From the NCBI RefSeq assembly GCF_001598795.1, contig NZ_BCZP01000007.1, positions 60,001-92,000 on the forward strand: a DNA stretch of 32,000 nt. Reading direction: 5' to 3'. A model generated the notes under the pieces. That model ran no database searches and had not been told where the DNA came from. It saw only the letters and a program-made list of their open reading frames with translations. Origin of the DNA: Delftia acidovorans NBRC 14950 (GTDB lineage: Bacteria > Pseudomonadota > Gammaproteobacteria > Burkholderiales > Burkholderiaceae_C). Position 1 is the stretch's first letter, and the number at the start of each line of letters is the position of its first letter. Shown here piece after piece: positions 1-8,245 of the stretch. A program made the translations under genes and the position numbers.

Positions 1-198
1 GGGCCCCTCGCTGGCGCGCAGCGGCGTGCCCAGACACAGCGCCAGCAGCCGGGCCGCCAGGGACTGCGGCGCCTGGGTGCGGACCCAGCCATGGAGCTCA
101 TGGCGGCCCGTCAGGCGGTGGAAGGCCTGCACGGCGGGGTCCAGCCGGGCAAAGCGCTCGCCCATGGCCTGCTCGTACATGGACAGCCTCCGGCTCAT
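1..198 (-). CDS. DUF4166-like protein. Only the N-terminal 66 codons are in the window; the gene runs off the left edge.
   Basis: The ATG at 198-196 overlaps the TGA (195-197) of the upstream gene as ATGA. My hand translation is MSRRLSMYEQAMGERFARLDPAVQAFHRLTGRHELHGWV..., which resembles the N-terminus of DUF4166 proteins. Those are typically adjacent to or fused with saccharopine-dehydrogenase-like proteins. This ORF is not in the supplied track because no stop lies in the window. Confidence 0.5.
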   Translation of the reverse strand, partial: MSRRLSMYEQAMGERFARLDPAVQAFHRLTGRHELHGWVRTQAPQSLAARLLALCLGTPLRASEGP

Positions 199-1310
199 GG
201 ATGGATCTCCCTCATGCGGATGTCCAGGCCACGGGCCTCCTGCTCGAAATCCTCCAGGGTCAGCAGGCCCATGCAGGGCATGGCGCCCACGGCGGGCAGT
301 TGGCCTGCCGCCAGCTTCCGCGCCAGGGCCGAGGCGGCAAGCGTGGGCACATAGGGGCCGTCGCCCGACCCGGCGACCAGCACCCAGACGCGCTCCTGCA
401 CGAAGCCCTGTGCGTCCCGCCCACGCACGCACACATGCATGGCACCCGCATCGCTGCCCCAGTCCTTGAAGCAGTCCGCAGCGCGCTTGAGCCACGCGGC
501 GTGCACCGACCAGTCGCGCACCAGGCCCAGGCGCGCCAGCCAGGCCATGGCATTCATGCCCCTGTGCAGAAATGCCAACTCCAGCCCCGCGCCAAAACGC
601 ACGCCAGGCTTGCCCGCATACCGGGGTGCCAGCAGTACCAGATCAGGCACATCGCAGGGCGACAGCAGCCGCGCCCCCACAGGCTCGGGATAGCGGTGGC
701 GCCAGCTGCCCGACCAGCCGAACACCGGCTGCGGGCCAGCGGACGCGAGGCGCTTGCCGCAGTAGCTCAGGATGCCGGCCACCGTGGACAGGCCGCGCTC
801 CGTGCGGTTGCCGGGGCTGATGCCTATGTCGATGGAATCCACGCAGGCCATGCCGCCTGCCAGCCGATCGGCCACCGCCGTGGACAGTGCGGGGACGGAA
901 CTGGCCCCGCTGGTCAGCAGCACGCCCCGGGCCAGCGCAGCGGCTTGCAGGGCGGTGATGCCGCCGACGAAGTCGCGGCCATCGGCCAGGTCCACGTAGT
1001 GCACGCCCGCATGGGCGCAGGCCTGTGCCACGCGATGGTCCTGCCCCTGGAAAGGGCCTGAGGTATGAATGAGGAGATGGATGCCATGCTCCTGGAGCCG
1101 GGCCTGCAGCCCCGGGTCCATGGCGTCCACCGCCACGGCGGACAGCCCGGCATGGGCATCGGGCAAAAGCGCATCGACCAAGGCCTGTGCCTTGGCGCCC
1201 GAGCGGCCCACCACCACGATGTGCAGCGCCTTCTGCCGTGCCAGCCGGCGCACCAGCCGGCTGCCGAAAAAGCCATATCCCCCGACAACCATCACCCTGA
1301 ATTCGTGCAT
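195..1310 (-). CDS. Saccharopine dehydrogenase-like NAD(P)-binding protein
   Basis: ORF 195..1376. It has a Rossmann motif (VVGGYGFFGSRL) near the N-terminus and the overall layout of the saccharopine dehydrogenase family. I trimmed the start to the ATG at 1310 (MHEFRVMVVGG...). The ATG at 1292 is an alternative, and no strong SD is visible for either. Confidence 0.75.
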   Translation of the reverse strand: MHEFRVMVVGGYGFFGSRLVRRLARQKALHIVVVGRSGAKAQALVDALLPDAHAGLSAVAVDAMDPGLQARLQEHGIHLLIHTSGPFQGQDHRVAQACAHAGVHYVDLADGRDFVGGITALQAAALARGVLLTSGASSVPALSTAVADRLAGGMACVDSIDIGISPGNRTERGLSTVAGILSYCGKRLASAGPQPVFGWSGSWRHRYPEPVGARLLSPCDVPDLVLLAPRYAGKPGVRFGAGLELAFLHRGMNAMAWLARLGLVRDWSVHAAWLKRAADCFKDWGSDAGAMHVCVRGRDAQGFVQERVWVLVAGSGDGPYVPTLAASALARKLAAGQLPAVGAMPCMGLLTLEDFEQEARGLDIRMREIHP

Positions 1311-1386
1311 GCGCCAGTGTAGGGCCGACCGGTCGCCAGGACGGCGGTGGCAGCATTTCCCTACAAGGTGTTTCATCAGGAAAATA

Positions 1387-1403
1387 TATGGTTAGCCACC
1401 ATA
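1387..1403. promoter_or_regulatory. Candidate operator: inverted repeat TATGGT-N5-ACCATA in a divergent intergenic region
   Basis: The repeat has perfect 6-bp arms, sits in an AT-rich context (AAAATATATGGTTAGCCACCATACAATAT) and contains a T-N11-A spacing. It lies between divergent starts at 1310 (-) and 1456 (+). No cognate regulator gene is in the window. Confidence 0.25.
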
Positions 1404-1455
1404 CAATATGCTGACACCACACCTGGCGCACAGCGCCTCAACCCCAGGAAACACC

Positions 1456-1794
1456 ATGTCCCACTATCTGGTCGAGCTCTATTCCCCCAACCCCGCCTGG
1501 CTGGCCCTGCCCGCCGCGCAGCGCCAGCAGTTTCTGGAAGGGGTTGCCAGCGCCATGGGCGGGCTGGCTGCCATGGGCGTGCAGGTGCTGGCCCTGGCCG
1601 AGACCGACCGCGGCCTGGACCAGGCCAGCCCCCACCGCTTCCTGGGCATCTGGCGCTTTCCCGATACCGCCGCGCGCGATGCCCTGCTGGCGGGCATCAA
1701 GGCCAGCGGCTGGTACGGCTACTTCGACCATGTGAACGCGGCCAGCGGCACGGGCGGCCTTGAAAGCCATCTGAAGGCGCTGGCCGAGGCCTGA
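1456..1794 (+). CDS. Small conserved hypothetical protein of 112 aa, darcynin-like
   Basis: ORF 1408..1794, trimmed to the ATG at 1456 (MSHYLVELYSPNPAWLALPAAQRQQFLEG...). GC3 is high. The size and the N-terminal pattern (P.WL.L....R..FL) remind me of the darcynin family. The family assignment is from memory only. Confidence 0.55.
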   Translation: MSHYLVELYSPNPAWLALPAAQRQQFLEGVASAMGGLAAMGVQVLALAETDRGLDQASPHRFLGIWRFPDTAARDALLAGIKASGWYGYFDHVNAASGTGGLESHLKALAEA

Positions 1795-1834
1795 GGCGGA
1801 CGGGTGATGGGTGCTGGATGGGTCCGCGCCCGCG

Positions 1835-2509
1835 CTACGGCTGAATCGGACACCCCAGACGCTTGAGCGTCTCGTCGATCCATGGCGCGCTGTAAGTACC
1901 GGCAGCGATGTCGGCCACCATCCTGGCCTCAACGACCTGCTTCCCGAGTGCTGCATCCAGCAAGGCCTGCGCCTGCGCATGCGGTACGCACAGCAAGCCA
2001 TCGTCATCGCCAATCATGAGGTCACCGGGCTCGATAACCATGCCATCGATGGCGATAGGCACATTGATCTCGCCCGGGCCGTCCTTGTAGGGTCCGCGGT
2101 GCGTGACGCCCGCGGCGAATACCGGGAAGCTGCCAGCACGAATCCATGCCGCGTCCCGGATCGCGCCATTGATCACGATGCCGCCCAGCTGGCGACGCAT
2201 GGCGTCTCCCACCATGATTTCTCCGATGAGTGCGTTGGTGAGGTCGCCGCCCGCATCCACCACGATCACGTCACCTGGGCTGGCCAGTTGAAGTGCCTTG
2301 TGGAGCATGAGGTTGTCGCCCGGGCGGGTCTTGATGGTCAACGCGGGGCCGGCCATGCGCCCGCCGCCGTGCATGGGGCGCAGCCGCGCGCCGCCAGCCG
2401 TCATGCGGGCCATGCAATCGCTGACGTTGGCAACAGGCACGTCGAGATAGCGCCTGGCAATATCAAGGCTGACAGCGCGTTGCCGCTTCAGAATTTGAAG
2501 ACCGATCAT
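1835..2509 (-). CDS. RraA-family protein (4-hydroxy-4-methyl-2-oxoglutarate aldolase / oxaloacetate decarboxylase-like)
   Basis: 224 aa. It carries RraA/HMG-aldolase-like motifs (PGDVIVVDAGG, GGIVINGAIRD, PGDLMIGDDDGLLCVP). It is a paralogue of the LigK-like gene at 19548..20231. Confidence 0.85.
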   Translation of the reverse strand: MIGLQILKRQRAVSLDIARRYLDVPVANVSDCMARMTAGGARLRPMHGGGRMAGPALTIKTRPGDNLMLHKALQLASPGDVIVVDAGGDLTNALIGEIMVGDAMRRQLGGIVINGAIRDAAWIRAGSFPVFAAGVTHRGPYKDGPGEINVPIAIDGMVIEPGDLMIGDDDGLLCVPHAQAQALLDAALGKQVVEARMVADIAAGTYSAPWIDETLKRLGCPIQP

Positions 2510-2549
2510 GGTGTGGTACTCAGAGTGGATGGAATGAAAGCCGTGCTGC

Positions 2550-3542
2550 TCAATCCAGCGTGGTGCCAGAGCTCTTGACGATGGGTGCCAGGCGGGCGCG
2601 GTCGCTGGCGTAGAGCCTGGCCATGTCCTGCGGTGTGCCGGTGATGAGTTCGGCGCCCGAGTCGGCGATCTTCCTGGCCGTGTCGGGTGCGTTCACCACC
2701 TTGTTGATGGCTTCGTTGAGCTGCTTGACGATGGCGTCGGAGGTGCCGGCCGGGGCCATCACGCCCCACACGCTGGCCAGCTCCACGCCCTTGATGCCGG
2801 ATTCGGTGTAGGTCGGCACGTCGGGCAGCAGCTTGGAGCGGCTCGCGGTGGTCACGCCAATGGCGCGCACCTTGCCCGACTGGATGTGCGACAGCAGCGT
2901 GGGGACGGAGCCCATATACATGTCGATGCGCCCGCCCAGCAGGTCGGGCATGGCCTGCGCCATGCCGCGAAACGGCACGTGGGTGAACTTCACATTCGAG
3001 CTTTTCTGCCAGGCCTCGCTGATGAGGTGCGAAATGGTGCCGGTGCCCGGCGTGGCAAAGCTCAGGCGCCCGGGGTCCTTCTTCGCCGCCTGGACGATGT
3101 CGTCCAGGGACTTGTACGGCGAATCGGCATTCACCACGAGCACGGCCGGGCCGGCTGCGACCAGGGCCACGGCGCGCAGGTCCTTGTCGGGGTTGTAGGT
3201 GAGCTTGGAGTACAGCAGCGGGTTGAGCACCACGTTGTCGGTCTGCGCCATCACCAGGGTCAGGCCGTCGGCGGGGGCCTTGGCCACCTGGTCCAGAGCC
3301 AGGTTGCCACCGGCCCCGGGCTTGTTCTCCACCACGATGGCCCACCCATGGGCCTCGGTGAGCTTGGTGCCCACCAGCCGCGTGAGGTTGTCGGTGCCGC
3401 CACCGGCCGGAAAGGGCACGATGAACCTGATGGGCCGCTGCGGATAGGTGCCCTGGGCATGGGCATGGGCCGGGGCCATGGCGGCAGCGGTCAGTGCCAG
3501 CAGGCCGGCGAGGGCCAGGCGGCGTCGGGTCGGGGTCGTCAT
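2550..3542 (-). CDS. Bug/TctC-family tripartite tricarboxylate transporter substrate-binding protein (orphan)
   Basis: The long ORF 2550..4496 is a read-through artefact. The real start is the ATG at 3542, preceded by the SD AAGGAGA. The protein begins with a signal peptide (MTTPTRRRLALAGLLALTAAAMAPAHAHAQ) followed by YPQRPIRFIVPFPAGGGTD, the Bug-family signature. No tctA or tctB gene is in the window. Confidence 0.9.
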   Translation of the reverse strand: MTTPTRRRLALAGLLALTAAAMAPAHAHAQGTYPQRPIRFIVPFPAGGGTDNLTRLVGTKLTEAHGWAIVVENKPGAGGNLALDQVAKAPADGLTLVMAQTDNVVLNPLLYSKLTYNPDKDLRAVALVAAGPAVLVVNADSPYKSLDDIVQAAKKDPGRLSFATPGTGTISHLISEAWQKSSNVKFTHVPFRGMAQAMPDLLGGRIDMYMGSVPTLLSHIQSGKVRAIGVTTASRSKLLPDVPTYTESGIKGVELASVWGVMAPAGTSDAIVKQLNEAINKVVNAPDTARKIADSGAELITGTPQDMARLYASDRARLAPIVKSSGTTLD

Positions 3543-3589
3543 TGCGGATGTCTCCTTTGGTGGTGTCGGTTGGCGCAGGGGTACGTTGA

Positions 3590-4486
3590 TCAGGGGCGGC
3601 TGGCGAGCACGTGGCTGCCCAGCCAATCGATGGCCTCGTCGGTGGAGGTGCCGGTGAACGGCTGCGCCGCATGCGCGCGGGCCGTGGCGGCAAACAGCGC
3701 CTCGACGGCGGGCAAGGCGATGGGTGCCAGGCCGTTGCGGGCCATCTGCTGCCGGGCCTCGGCCACCTCGTTGCGGCGGCGTGCGGAATGCGGGATGTGC
3801 GTGCGCACCATGGACTCCATCAGCGTGCGCAGCGGTGTCTCGTCGATGTCCTGCAGCACGGCATGCAGCTGCTCGCGCAGGCCCATCTGCTGGGCCGTCA
3901 CCAGGCACTCCACGGCCAGCGCCTCGGTCCCCTTGGTGTAGATGCTGCGCAGGAGCTTGAGCGCGGCGGCATCGCCCGGCTGTCCGCCCACCACGCGAAC
4001 GGAGCCGCCAAGGGGCAAGAACAATTCCTGTACAAAACCGGCCTTGCCACCGGCCACGAGCAGCGGCGTCTTTCTGCCGCCCAGGTTGACCGCGCCGGTG
4101 ATGGCCACGTCCACGAAGTGCACCGCCCTGCCCTGGGCGACGCGCCGGGCCAGCTCGCCGCATTCGCGCATCTCCTGCGGGTCGGCCGTGGTCATGTCCA
4201 CATAGACCACGCCATCGGCCAGATCGCGCAGATCGCGCAGATGGGGCAGGCAGGCCTCGAACAGGCTGCGCGCCACGGTGCCGAACACGGCGCTCACCAC
4301 CACGTCGGCCTCGGCCAGCCAGGCACCGGGCGCGGTATGCACCTGCGCACCAGCGGCCTGCACGGCGTCGGCCACCGCAGCGTTGGGCCGCAGGTCGCAC
4401 AGGCCCACCACGCTGTGCCCCTGCTCCAAAAAGGCCTGCATGTAGCAGGCGCCGACCATTCCACCACCCAGTATTGCGAACTTCAT
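3590..4486 (-). CDS. NAD(P)-dependent oxidoreductase with a 6-phosphogluconate/3-hydroxyisobutyrate dehydrogenase-like NAD-binding domain and a DUF1932-like C-terminus
   Basis: 298 aa. The N-terminus MKFAILGGGMVGACY is a Rossmann motif. The architecture is typical of NAD_binding_2/DUF1932 proteins. Confidence 0.8.
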   Translation of the reverse strand: MKFAILGGGMVGACYMQAFLEQGHSVVGLCDLRPNAAVADAVQAAGAQVHTAPGAWLAEADVVVSAVFGTVARSLFEACLPHLRDLRDLADGVVYVDMTTADPQEMRECGELARRVAQGRAVHFVDVAITGAVNLGGRKTPLLVAGGKAGFVQELFLPLGGSVRVVGGQPGDAAALKLLRSIYTKGTEALAVECLVTAQQMGLREQLHAVLQDIDETPLRTLMESMVRTHIPHSARRRNEVAEARQQMARNGLAPIALPAVEALFAATARAHAAQPFTGTSTDEAIDWLGSHVLASRP

Positions 4487-4487
4487 A

Positions 4488-4581
4488 AAAGTACAAATTT
4501 AAAACATTGAGCGCAGTCTATGGAGTGCAACCCCGATCCACTCATAGAGATTTCCCGTAGAACTGCGGATATTTGTACTTT
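4488..4581. promoter_or_regulatory. Divergent promoter region bounded by an 11-bp perfect inverted repeat; candidate GntR operator pair
   Basis: AAAGTACAAAT at 4488-4498 and ATTTGTACTTT at 4571-4581 are exact reverse complements. Each holds a TTGTAC/GTACAA core, which fits the GT-N-AC style of GntR/FadR operators. A third degenerate copy, CTTTGTATTT, follows at 4582-4591. This is the most AT-rich part of this half of the window. Confidence 0.3.
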
Positions 4582-4674
4582 CTTTGTATTTTTCTGAATG
4601 AAGCGCAGCGCAGCGAGCCCCTTCGTCGTCACCTAGAATCGGCGCACCATCCCCACCCACCTGGTGCAAACACA

Positions 4675-5331
4675 GTGCAAAACGTGAAAGACAAGGCGTA
4701 CGAGGTTCTGCGGCAGCGGCTCATCGGCGGCCACTACCGACCCGGCGAACAGCTCAAGGAAGAGCCCATTGCCCGCGACCTGGGACTGAGCCGGACGCCG
4801 GTGCGCAATGCGCTGCACCGTCTGGTGGAAGATGGCCTGGCCACCGATGGCGCGGGCCAGGGTATCCGCGTGTCGGAGTGGAGCGACTGGGATGTGGAGG
4901 AGACCTTCCAGCTGCGCATGCTGCTGGAGCCGTACGCCTCGTTCCTCGCGGCCACACGCGGCGGCGAGGGGCTGGCCGATGAGCTGGAGGCCAGCAACCA
5001 GCGCATGGAGGCCGGCATTGCCGCTGGCCACGACGGCATTGGCGAGGTGCAGTCAGCCAACCGGGATTTTCACCACGCGCTGATCGAGGCATCGGGCTCG
5101 CCGCGCCTCAAGACCATGCTGGCGACGATGATCGACATGCCGATCATCAAGCGGTCGTTCTACATCTACACGCCCGAAGAGCTGGTGCAAAGCCTGCACC
5201 ACCACTGCGACCTGGTGATCGCCATACGTGCCAGGGATGGGGAGCTGGCACGCCAGGTGATGCAGCTGCACCTGCGCATGTCCTACCACCGGTTCATGAA
5301 GCATCGGGGGGAATACCGCGCGGATGCATGA
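4675..5331 (+). CDS. GntR-family transcriptional regulator (FadR/FCD subfamily)
   Basis: The N-terminal winged HTH reads KAYEVLRQRLIGGHYRPGEQLKEEPIARDLGLSRTPVRNALHRLVEDGL, followed by an FCD-like helical C-terminus. The track ORF starts at a TTG at 4573. I prefer the in-frame GTG at 4675 (or 4684), which gives a normal-length N-terminus. The start remains uncertain. Confidence 0.8.
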   Translation: MQNVKDKAYEVLRQRLIGGHYRPGEQLKEEPIARDLGLSRTPVRNALHRLVEDGLATDGAGQGIRVSEWSDWDVEETFQLRMLLEPYASFLAATRGGEGLADELEASNQRMEAGIAAGHDGIGEVQSANRDFHHALIEASGSPRLKTMLATMIDMPIIKRSFYIYTPEELVQSLHHHCDLVIAIRARDGELARQVMQLHLRMSYHRFMKHRGEYRADA

Positions 5332-5337
5332 ACAGTG

Positions 5338-6597
5338 TCATGACCGGGGCTGAACCCTTTGCGCTGACCGCACCCGGTACAGCCACGGCAGCCAGACAAA
5401 GGCGATGAGGACCAGCACAACGCCTGCCAGCGCCATGGGCAACACCATCGGCCAGGCACCGTGGCGCATCGTCGGATCGACAAATTGCGCCGCCAGCTGG
5501 CCGGCGCAGAAGGCCACGCACATGATCGCGAAGCCCGAACACGACACGGCCCGCCCGGCCAGCTGCGGCGGCAGACCACCCACCGCGCCCGCCTGGCCGC
5601 AAGGCTGGTGCAGGCCATGGCCCAGTGCATACACCGCGTGCCCCAGCAGCAGTGGAACGGGCGAGGTCGGCGCCAGCACGCAGCCGGCGATCTGGATGCA
5701 CGGCCCCAGCAGACTGAGCGAAGCGCCCAGTTGCACCGTGCGCACCGGCCCGTGGCGCGACAGCAGGCGCCGGCACCATGTGATGCCCAGGATGTAGACC
5801 AGCGAGCCGCCCGCTGGAATCCAGCCGTAGAGCACGGGCGACAGGCCGAACAGGTCGACGTACACCATCGGCGACAGCAGCAAAAAGCAGAAGATGCCGC
5901 CGTAGGTGGCTGCGGCCAGCGCCGTCCAGGCGCAAAAGCCGGGGTCGGCGATCACCTGGCGCACACCGCCAGCGGATACGGATACGGGTACGGGTACGGA
6001 TGCGAGGACCGGGGCAGACTCCGCCGGCGCTTGCCGCGTCTCGCTGAAAGTGCGCCAGCACAGTGCCAGCAAAGCCAGCGAGTAGACGCCCATCGCCACC
6101 AGCACCCAGCGCCAGCCGGTGGCCTGGACTCCCCATGCACCGGCAATCGGCGCCACCAGGGCCACCAGCCCCAGGCCCATCAGGCCGCGGGCCATGATGC
6201 GCGGCCCTTCATGGGCCGGATACAGATCGCGCACCGCAGCCCGTGCGCACACCAGGATGGCCGCCATGGCCGCGCCCTGCACGGCGCGCCAGGCCACCAG
6301 TGCGTCCGCGCTGCCCGCCAGCGCACAGCCGCCCGCCGCTGCCGTGTAGCAGGCCAAACCCGTCAGCAGCACGGGCCGGCGCCCGAAGCGGTCGGCCAGC
6401 GGCCCGCACACCAGCTGGGCGACACCGAAGGCCAGCATGAACACGGTCAGGCTGCTGCTGGCCGAGCCCAGGTCGCGCGCGATCTCGGGCAACGCCGGCA
6501 GATAGCCATCGGTGGCGACCGGCTGCGCGGCCAGCAGCAGCGGCAGCAGCAGGAGGAAGGAAACGGAGCGGCGCGGGCCGGGGTCGGCGAAGTTCAT
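5338..6597 (-). CDS. MFS transporter, Bcr/CflA-type (drug/metabolite efflux-like)
   Basis: 419 aa, with about 12 predicted hydrophobic segments. It carries the MFS motif GPLADRFGRRPVLL after TM2 and has a Bcr/CflA-like N-terminus. Confidence 0.8.
   Translation of the reverse strand: MNFADPGPRRSVSFLLLLPLLLAAQPVATDGYLPALPEIARDLGSASSSLTVFMLAFGVAQLVCGPLADRFGRRPVLLTGLACYTAAAGGCALAGSADALVAWRAVQGAAMAAILVCARAAVRDLYPAHEGPRIMARGLMGLGLVALVAPIAGAWGVQATGWRWVLVAMGVYSLALLALCWRTFSETRQAPAESAPVLASVPVPVSVSAGGVRQVIADPGFCAWTALAAATYGGIFCFLLLSPMVYVDLFGLSPVLYGWIPAGGSLVYILGITWCRRLLSRHGPVRTVQLGASLSLLGPCIQIAGCVLAPTSPVPLLLGHAVYALGHGLHQPCGQAGAVGGLPPQLAGRAVSCSGFAIMCVAFCAGQLAAQFVDPTMRHGAWPMVLPMALAGVVLVLIAFVWLPWLYRVRSAQRVQPRS
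5974..6003. repeat. Imperfect hexanucleotide tandem repeat (GGRTRC x5) inside the MFS gene
   Basis: The sequence is GGATAC GGATAC GGGTAC GGGTAC GGATGC. On the coding (minus) strand it encodes SVPVPVSVS in the central loop, and it is in-frame. Confidence 0.8.
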
Positions 6598-6681
6598 CTC
6601 AATGAAGCCTGGTCACTGCATGCAGCGCGTCGAGCGAGGGAGTTCGAAGGACGATACATGGCCAGTTGCGCGCCATGCATC

Positions 6682-7119
6682 CTATGCGACGGCGGACAGC
6701 ACGGCCCGCAGGCCCAGCAGATAGCTGTCCGCGCCGAAGCCGCAGATCTGGCCCCGGGCGATGTCGGCAAACACCGAGTGGTGGCGAAAGGGCTCGCGCG
6801 CATGGATGTTGCTCATGTGGATCTCCACCACGGGCACGGTGAGCATGGCCAGCGCGTCGCGGATGCCGTAGCTGTAGTGCGTCCAGGCGCCGGCGTTGAT
6901 GAGCACGCCATCGACGCCGTCCCGAAAGCCCTGGTGGATGCGATCGCACATGGCGCCTTCGCAATTGGTCTGGAAGCTGTCCACCTCGCAGCCCAGCTGG
7001 CTGCCCAGGCTGCGCAGCGAGGCGTCGATCTCGGCCAGCGTGACCGTGCCGTATTGGGCAGGGTCGCGCTGGCCGAACATGTTGTGGTTGATGCCGTGCA
7101 GCATCAGGATCTTTTTCAT
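6682..7119 (-). CDS. aroQ: Type II 3-dehydroquinate dehydratase (catabolic dehydroquinase)
   Basis: ORF 6682..7179, trimmed to the ATG at 7119, which has an upstream GGAG. The sequence MKKILMLHGINHNMFGQRDPAQYG...INAGAWTHYSYGIRDAL...VEIHMSNIHAREPFRHHS matches the type II DHQase signature. Confidence 0.9.
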   Translation of the reverse strand: MKKILMLHGINHNMFGQRDPAQYGTVTLAEIDASLRSLGSQLGCEVDSFQTNCEGAMCDRIHQGFRDGVDGVLINAGAWTHYSYGIRDALAMLTVPVVEIHMSNIHAREPFRHHSVFADIARGQICGFGADSYLLGLRAVLSAVA

Positions 7120-7175
7120 GGAGGCTCCGTGGCTTGATGTCATGGATGGAGGATGGCGCGCCGGTGGTGTCCGGG

Positions 7176-8234
7176 TCACGCCGTGGTGTCGATGGCGGTG
7201 CCCATGCGGGCAGCTTCTGCAATGGCCTCGGTGATCTGCAGGTTGCGCAGGCCGTCGCGCACGCTGACCAGCGGTTGTGCCAGGCCGCGCGCCACCTGCG
7301 CGAAATGCGCCATCTGGCGCACCAGCGGGTCTTCGCGCTCCACGGCGGCCACATCCAGGTCGAAGGGCTCATTCCAGGAGCGCTGGCCGGCCGATGCATA
7401 GGTCTTCAGCCGCATGCTCGGTATGGCCAGCGAGCCGAAGGTGCCCGCCACCAGGTAGCAGTCTTCGTCCTCATAGCTGGCATAGGCCTTGTTCTCCTGC
7501 GAGGTCTGCTCCCAGCTGCGCGCGCTGGCGGCCGTGTCCGAAAGCACAAAGCTGCCCAGCGCACCGCTGGCAAAGCGCAGGTTGATGGCCACCGTGTCTT
7601 CCACGGCAAAACCGCGCGTGGCATGCGAGGCGAAGGCCTGCACGGCCACGATGTCGCCGCACAGCATGCGCAGGTTGTGGACCTCGTGGATCATGTTGAG
7701 CAGGATGGGGCCGCCACCGGCCTCGCGGCGCCAGGGGCCTTCCTCGAAATAGGCGTCCGGCTTGTAGAACAGGGCCGCGCCGGTCACGGCCACCAGGCGG
7801 CCCAGCCGCCCCTGGGCAATAAGGGCTGCGGCCCGCGCCATGATCGGGCTGTGGGCGCGGTGGTGGCCCACCAGCACGCGGGCGCCGCTGCGCTCGGCCA
7901 GCGCGGCCAGGCGCTGTGCCTCGGCCACGGTGGAGGTGACGGGCTTTTCCAGCAGTATGGGCAGGCGCGCATGCATGCACTGCGCCGCCTGCGGGGCATG
8001 CAGGCGGTTGGGCGTGGCCAGCACCACGGCGTCGGGCCGGTCATGGGCGATCAGCTCGCCCAGGTCGCGCCACAGCGGCACTCCGGCCCTTTGGGCAAGC
8101 TCCCGGGCTGCGGGAGCCGGGTCCACGATGGCGGACAGGCGGCAATCCGCCTGGGCCCCGATGGCGGCGATATGGGCCTGGCCGATCGCGCCGGCGCCGG
8201 CCACGGCAATGCGAAGCGGGTGCAGCTGTGCCAT
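7176..8234 (-). CDS. Gfo/Idh/MocA-family NAD(P)-dependent oxidoreductase
   Basis: 352 aa. The N-terminal Rossmann motif is RIAVAGAGAIGQAH and the family EKP motif is present (LLEKP). The start lies 11 nt after the porin stop, with GAGGGGG as the SD. Confidence 0.85.
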   Translation of the reverse strand: MAQLHPLRIAVAGAGAIGQAHIAAIGAQADCRLSAIVDPAPAARELAQRAGVPLWRDLGELIAHDRPDAVVLATPNRLHAPQAAQCMHARLPILLEKPVTSTVAEAQRLAALAERSGARVLVGHHRAHSPIMARAAALIAQGRLGRLVAVTGAALFYKPDAYFEEGPWRREAGGGPILLNMIHEVHNLRMLCGDIVAVQAFASHATRGFAVEDTVAINLRFASGALGSFVLSDTAASARSWEQTSQENKAYASYEDEDCYLVAGTFGSLAIPSMRLKTYASAGQRSWNEPFDLDVAAVEREDPLVRQMAHFAQVARGLAQPLVSVRDGLRNLQITEAIAEAARMGTAIDTTA

Positions 8235-8245
8235 GGCATGCCCCC

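Noticed and set aside
4220-4243. A 9-bp tandem duplication (CAGATCGCG x2 plus a partial copy) inside the oxidoreductase gene, encoding LRDLRDL.
   Set aside because: It is a tiny in-frame duplication within a CDS, with no regulatory or mobile-element context, and is not informative on its own.
2550-4496. A 648-aa minus-strand ORF that appears to fuse the oxidoreductase region to TctC.
   Set aside because: Its upstream 318 codons run out of frame across the real oxidoreductase gene (3590..4486, a different frame). The TctC signal peptide, SD and ATG at 3542 define the true start.
5461-7137. A 558-aa plus-strand ORF spanning the MFS and aroQ genes.
   Set aside because: It is antisense to two recognisable genes, its composition is low-complexity (R/Q/H/A-rich) and it matches no family.
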